DNA of 64,000 nt from Paraspadella gotoi (Eukaryota > Animalia > Chaetognatha). This document shows, piece after piece, positions 61,403-64,000 of this stretch (position 1 is its first letter; every line of letters starts with the position of its first letter). A program made the translations under genes and the position numbers. The notes under the pieces are model-generated. The model had not been told where the DNA came from. It was given only the letters and a program-made list of their open reading frames with translations, and searched no databases. Location: the NCBI GenBank assembly GCA_051294375.1, contig CM119263.1, forward strand, positions 22,408,833 to 22,472,832. The letters run 5' to 3'.

Positions 61403-64000
61403 ATAACAAAAGACAACGACAAACGAAAGGCAGTTTAGCTGAAAAAAAAAAAAACTTTACCATAAATAGGAGATTCATCGATTTGCCTCATCACACCCGG
61501 TTTTTTCTTTCACTAAATTTTTTTTTAAACTAAATTACAGTTTAAGTCGTTACTTTAGTCAAACGACAAATTATTTCCCTTTGTTTTTAAAAGGCGTCTC
61601 TCTTTCTGCTCTCTCTCCTTTTTCTCTCTCTCTTCTTCTCTTTCTCTTCGTTTCACAAACACAAACTTGTTTCGTTGTCACGAAAATTGAATGACATCAC
61701 AAGCATCATTGTCCCGTAACCGAGTCAATTTTTCACCGCGTCCGTATGTGGAGTCCTGTTTCTTTACGACATTGATTGAACACCAGTGTCTTAACTCCTA
61801 CTCAAAAAAAAAGTATTAATAATGAATGCCGACTTTTTTTGGTTCCCATGGTTTATTAATTTTTTAAAAGAAATTTTCTGTCTCTCTTACCGTTGTTTAT
61901 GTTTTATAAACGATTCAATGGAAATCTCGCAGGGCGATTGTTAATTTAAAAAAACTTTACAATATGCAATATTCTCTCTTCGTCTGCGCAGCTTGAAGAG
62001 AGGCAGCGAAAGAGAACTAAGATAAAAAAATAAGTAAAAAAATTAAATAAAAATAAGGTGCCGTTATTTTTTTGCGTTATTTTCTTACAGAGAAAAAATA
62101 TTATTGTTATTTTTTTGATCTAACACCAACAATGAAATGAGAAAGTGCTCTTCTCGATCGGTGAGAGTTTGAAACAAAAGAATGGAATGATAACGACGTT
62201 TTCAGACTTTAGATTTAAGTTTAAATTTTGAGTTAATCTTAAATAACCAATGATGCTCATCATTATCTTCGTTAAAATTGCTCTTTTTACAGTTTTTTTT
62301 CAGATTCTGGAGTTAATACTAAAACATCAGAGCTCAATGCGACAGACTTGTAAAATGAAAAAAAAGTTACCATTCCGCAATTATCCTAAATTTTTGCAGT
62401 AATGTTTTCCCTCTCTCTTTTACTTTTAGCTGTACAACACAGTCACTTCTACATGTTGTAAATGCATGCAAATAAGCATCGTTTGTGTCAGATTGCGTCG
62501 TTTTAAATCGTTTAATAATTTTAAACATTTTTTTAAATCGACACGACAAAGAGTATTTCAGGATAAAGAAAGTTTCGTTGGATCAAATATTTGTCTTTGT
62601 ATTTCGTCTGCCAACTATACTTGGTCTTATTCTAAATTTACGGTTTTTGTGTGCGATTTTATTTCAAAAATCTCATATCACAAACACACAAGTGTATCTT
62701 CACCTAAAATGACAATAATTACAATTTTATCCACCAAGTGTTCGTCCTACTGCATTATTTCAAAGCCATCACATATGCTGAAATGGAGAAAATTTTTGTG
62801 AGCATTTTTGTTGTGATCATATGGACATCGTACCTGTAAAACTGTAATTTTGCACAGATACCAGTTTCAATTTAACCCTTCAGTCCCATTTTGTGCTGTT
62901 ATGGGGGAGTGATACATTTTTGAAGGCAATTATCATGGTACATGAGTGTCGCCGTTTCCATAAAAAGAAATCGTTAAGGAGGCAAATTTATTGTGCCTTT
63001 AAAAACGTCGGCATATCAAAGTGTTGACAATTAATTCGTGAAAAAAAAATTTAATACTCCTTTAATTCCAATTTAAAATCTCGCAAGATCAGCATAAAGA
63101 ATGGGATGGCATCAGGACAATAATTAAGAGAAACCGTAGTGACCTTTAGTGCGAAATTGTTCTAATGGCTTTCAATATAAAACTAGAGACAATTTCCTTT
63201 TTCTTCGCTTGTTTTCATGGCCTACCCGACGACGACGATTATTTATACATAGTTCTTGACGTAAGAGAAAAGATATGTAAATATTTTTTACAGGATCATA
63301 CCAAAGTTAAAAAAACATTTTTAGAAATATATTTTGTTCACCATAAAATTAAAATTTCTGATATAATCTTTGTAAAAAAAGTACAACAATTGAAATAATG
63401 TAAAAGTTTTAAAGTAAAAAAATGTTAAAATATTTTTTAAATCTGAAGTATGGAGCTGCACAATCTTTTAAAAAACATAAAAGCAACGTATTTTGTAACA
63501 TTAGAACACTGTCGTCGGGTTATTACATCCAGTAGACCGCGCATTTAGCTTTACCTAACCTTTTTCCATGTAGAAACATGATAATCAGTCTATAAGTTAG
63601 GTTTTCAAATTGTTGTAGTGTTAGAAATACCAATTTTCTTTCTCCCAAAAAATTTAAAAAAATACGAACCTTCTAGTTGTCCATTCAGCCTTTAAAAGCT
63701 TCTGCGCTAGAGATTTCTTGTGGCCTTCAAGTATCTACAAACCATTTGCTATACCATAACACATGAGTGCTTTTTGTCAACTCTTTTCATTTTACAACGA
63801 GTAAGGAGTTAATCAAGTTGTTATAGGACAGTCCTGATGTGTTACTGACTTATTTAAACCCAAGTCTTACAACAGTACAGCAATTTGTCTTTGAATATTT
63901 GTAAGTTGTATTCAGAAATGATGTTTTGATACCTGCATGTGCCGTTATTGTAAAACCGTACGGTGGTCTACTTGTCGTTCAGTCTTCCGCACATTATTTT

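Overview
Eukaryotic (metazoan-type) genomic DNA with AT-rich introns and spacers, GC-richer exons, GT-AG introns and one 10-N gap. The left half (3.4-33 kb) holds 12 genes, all on +: the 3' end of DDX5/DDX17, FAM177A1, three tandem hnRNP A/B/D (squid-like) paralogues, SBDS, then a very tight TTC23-SHPK-UTP18-TMEM143-ALDH9A1-ABHD-like block with 100-245 nt spacers that looks operon-like. The right half holds an MRL-family RA-PH adaptor (-), a Cys-less pentameric ligand-gated channel subunit with no visible signal peptide (-), about 11 kb of GA-microsatellite-rich non-coding DNA, and a myosin regulatory light chain (+) whose intron-3 donor is amplified into a 13 x 17-bp array. Non-coding DNA contains nested non-autonomous transposons (hAT and TA-TSD MITEs, Helentron/DINE-like repeats, a probable solo LTR) and about 8 whole or partial copies of a minimal type-I hammerhead ribozyme motif. 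Exon structures were assembled by eye and gene names come from motif recognition, not database searches. The species cannot be determined from this window.
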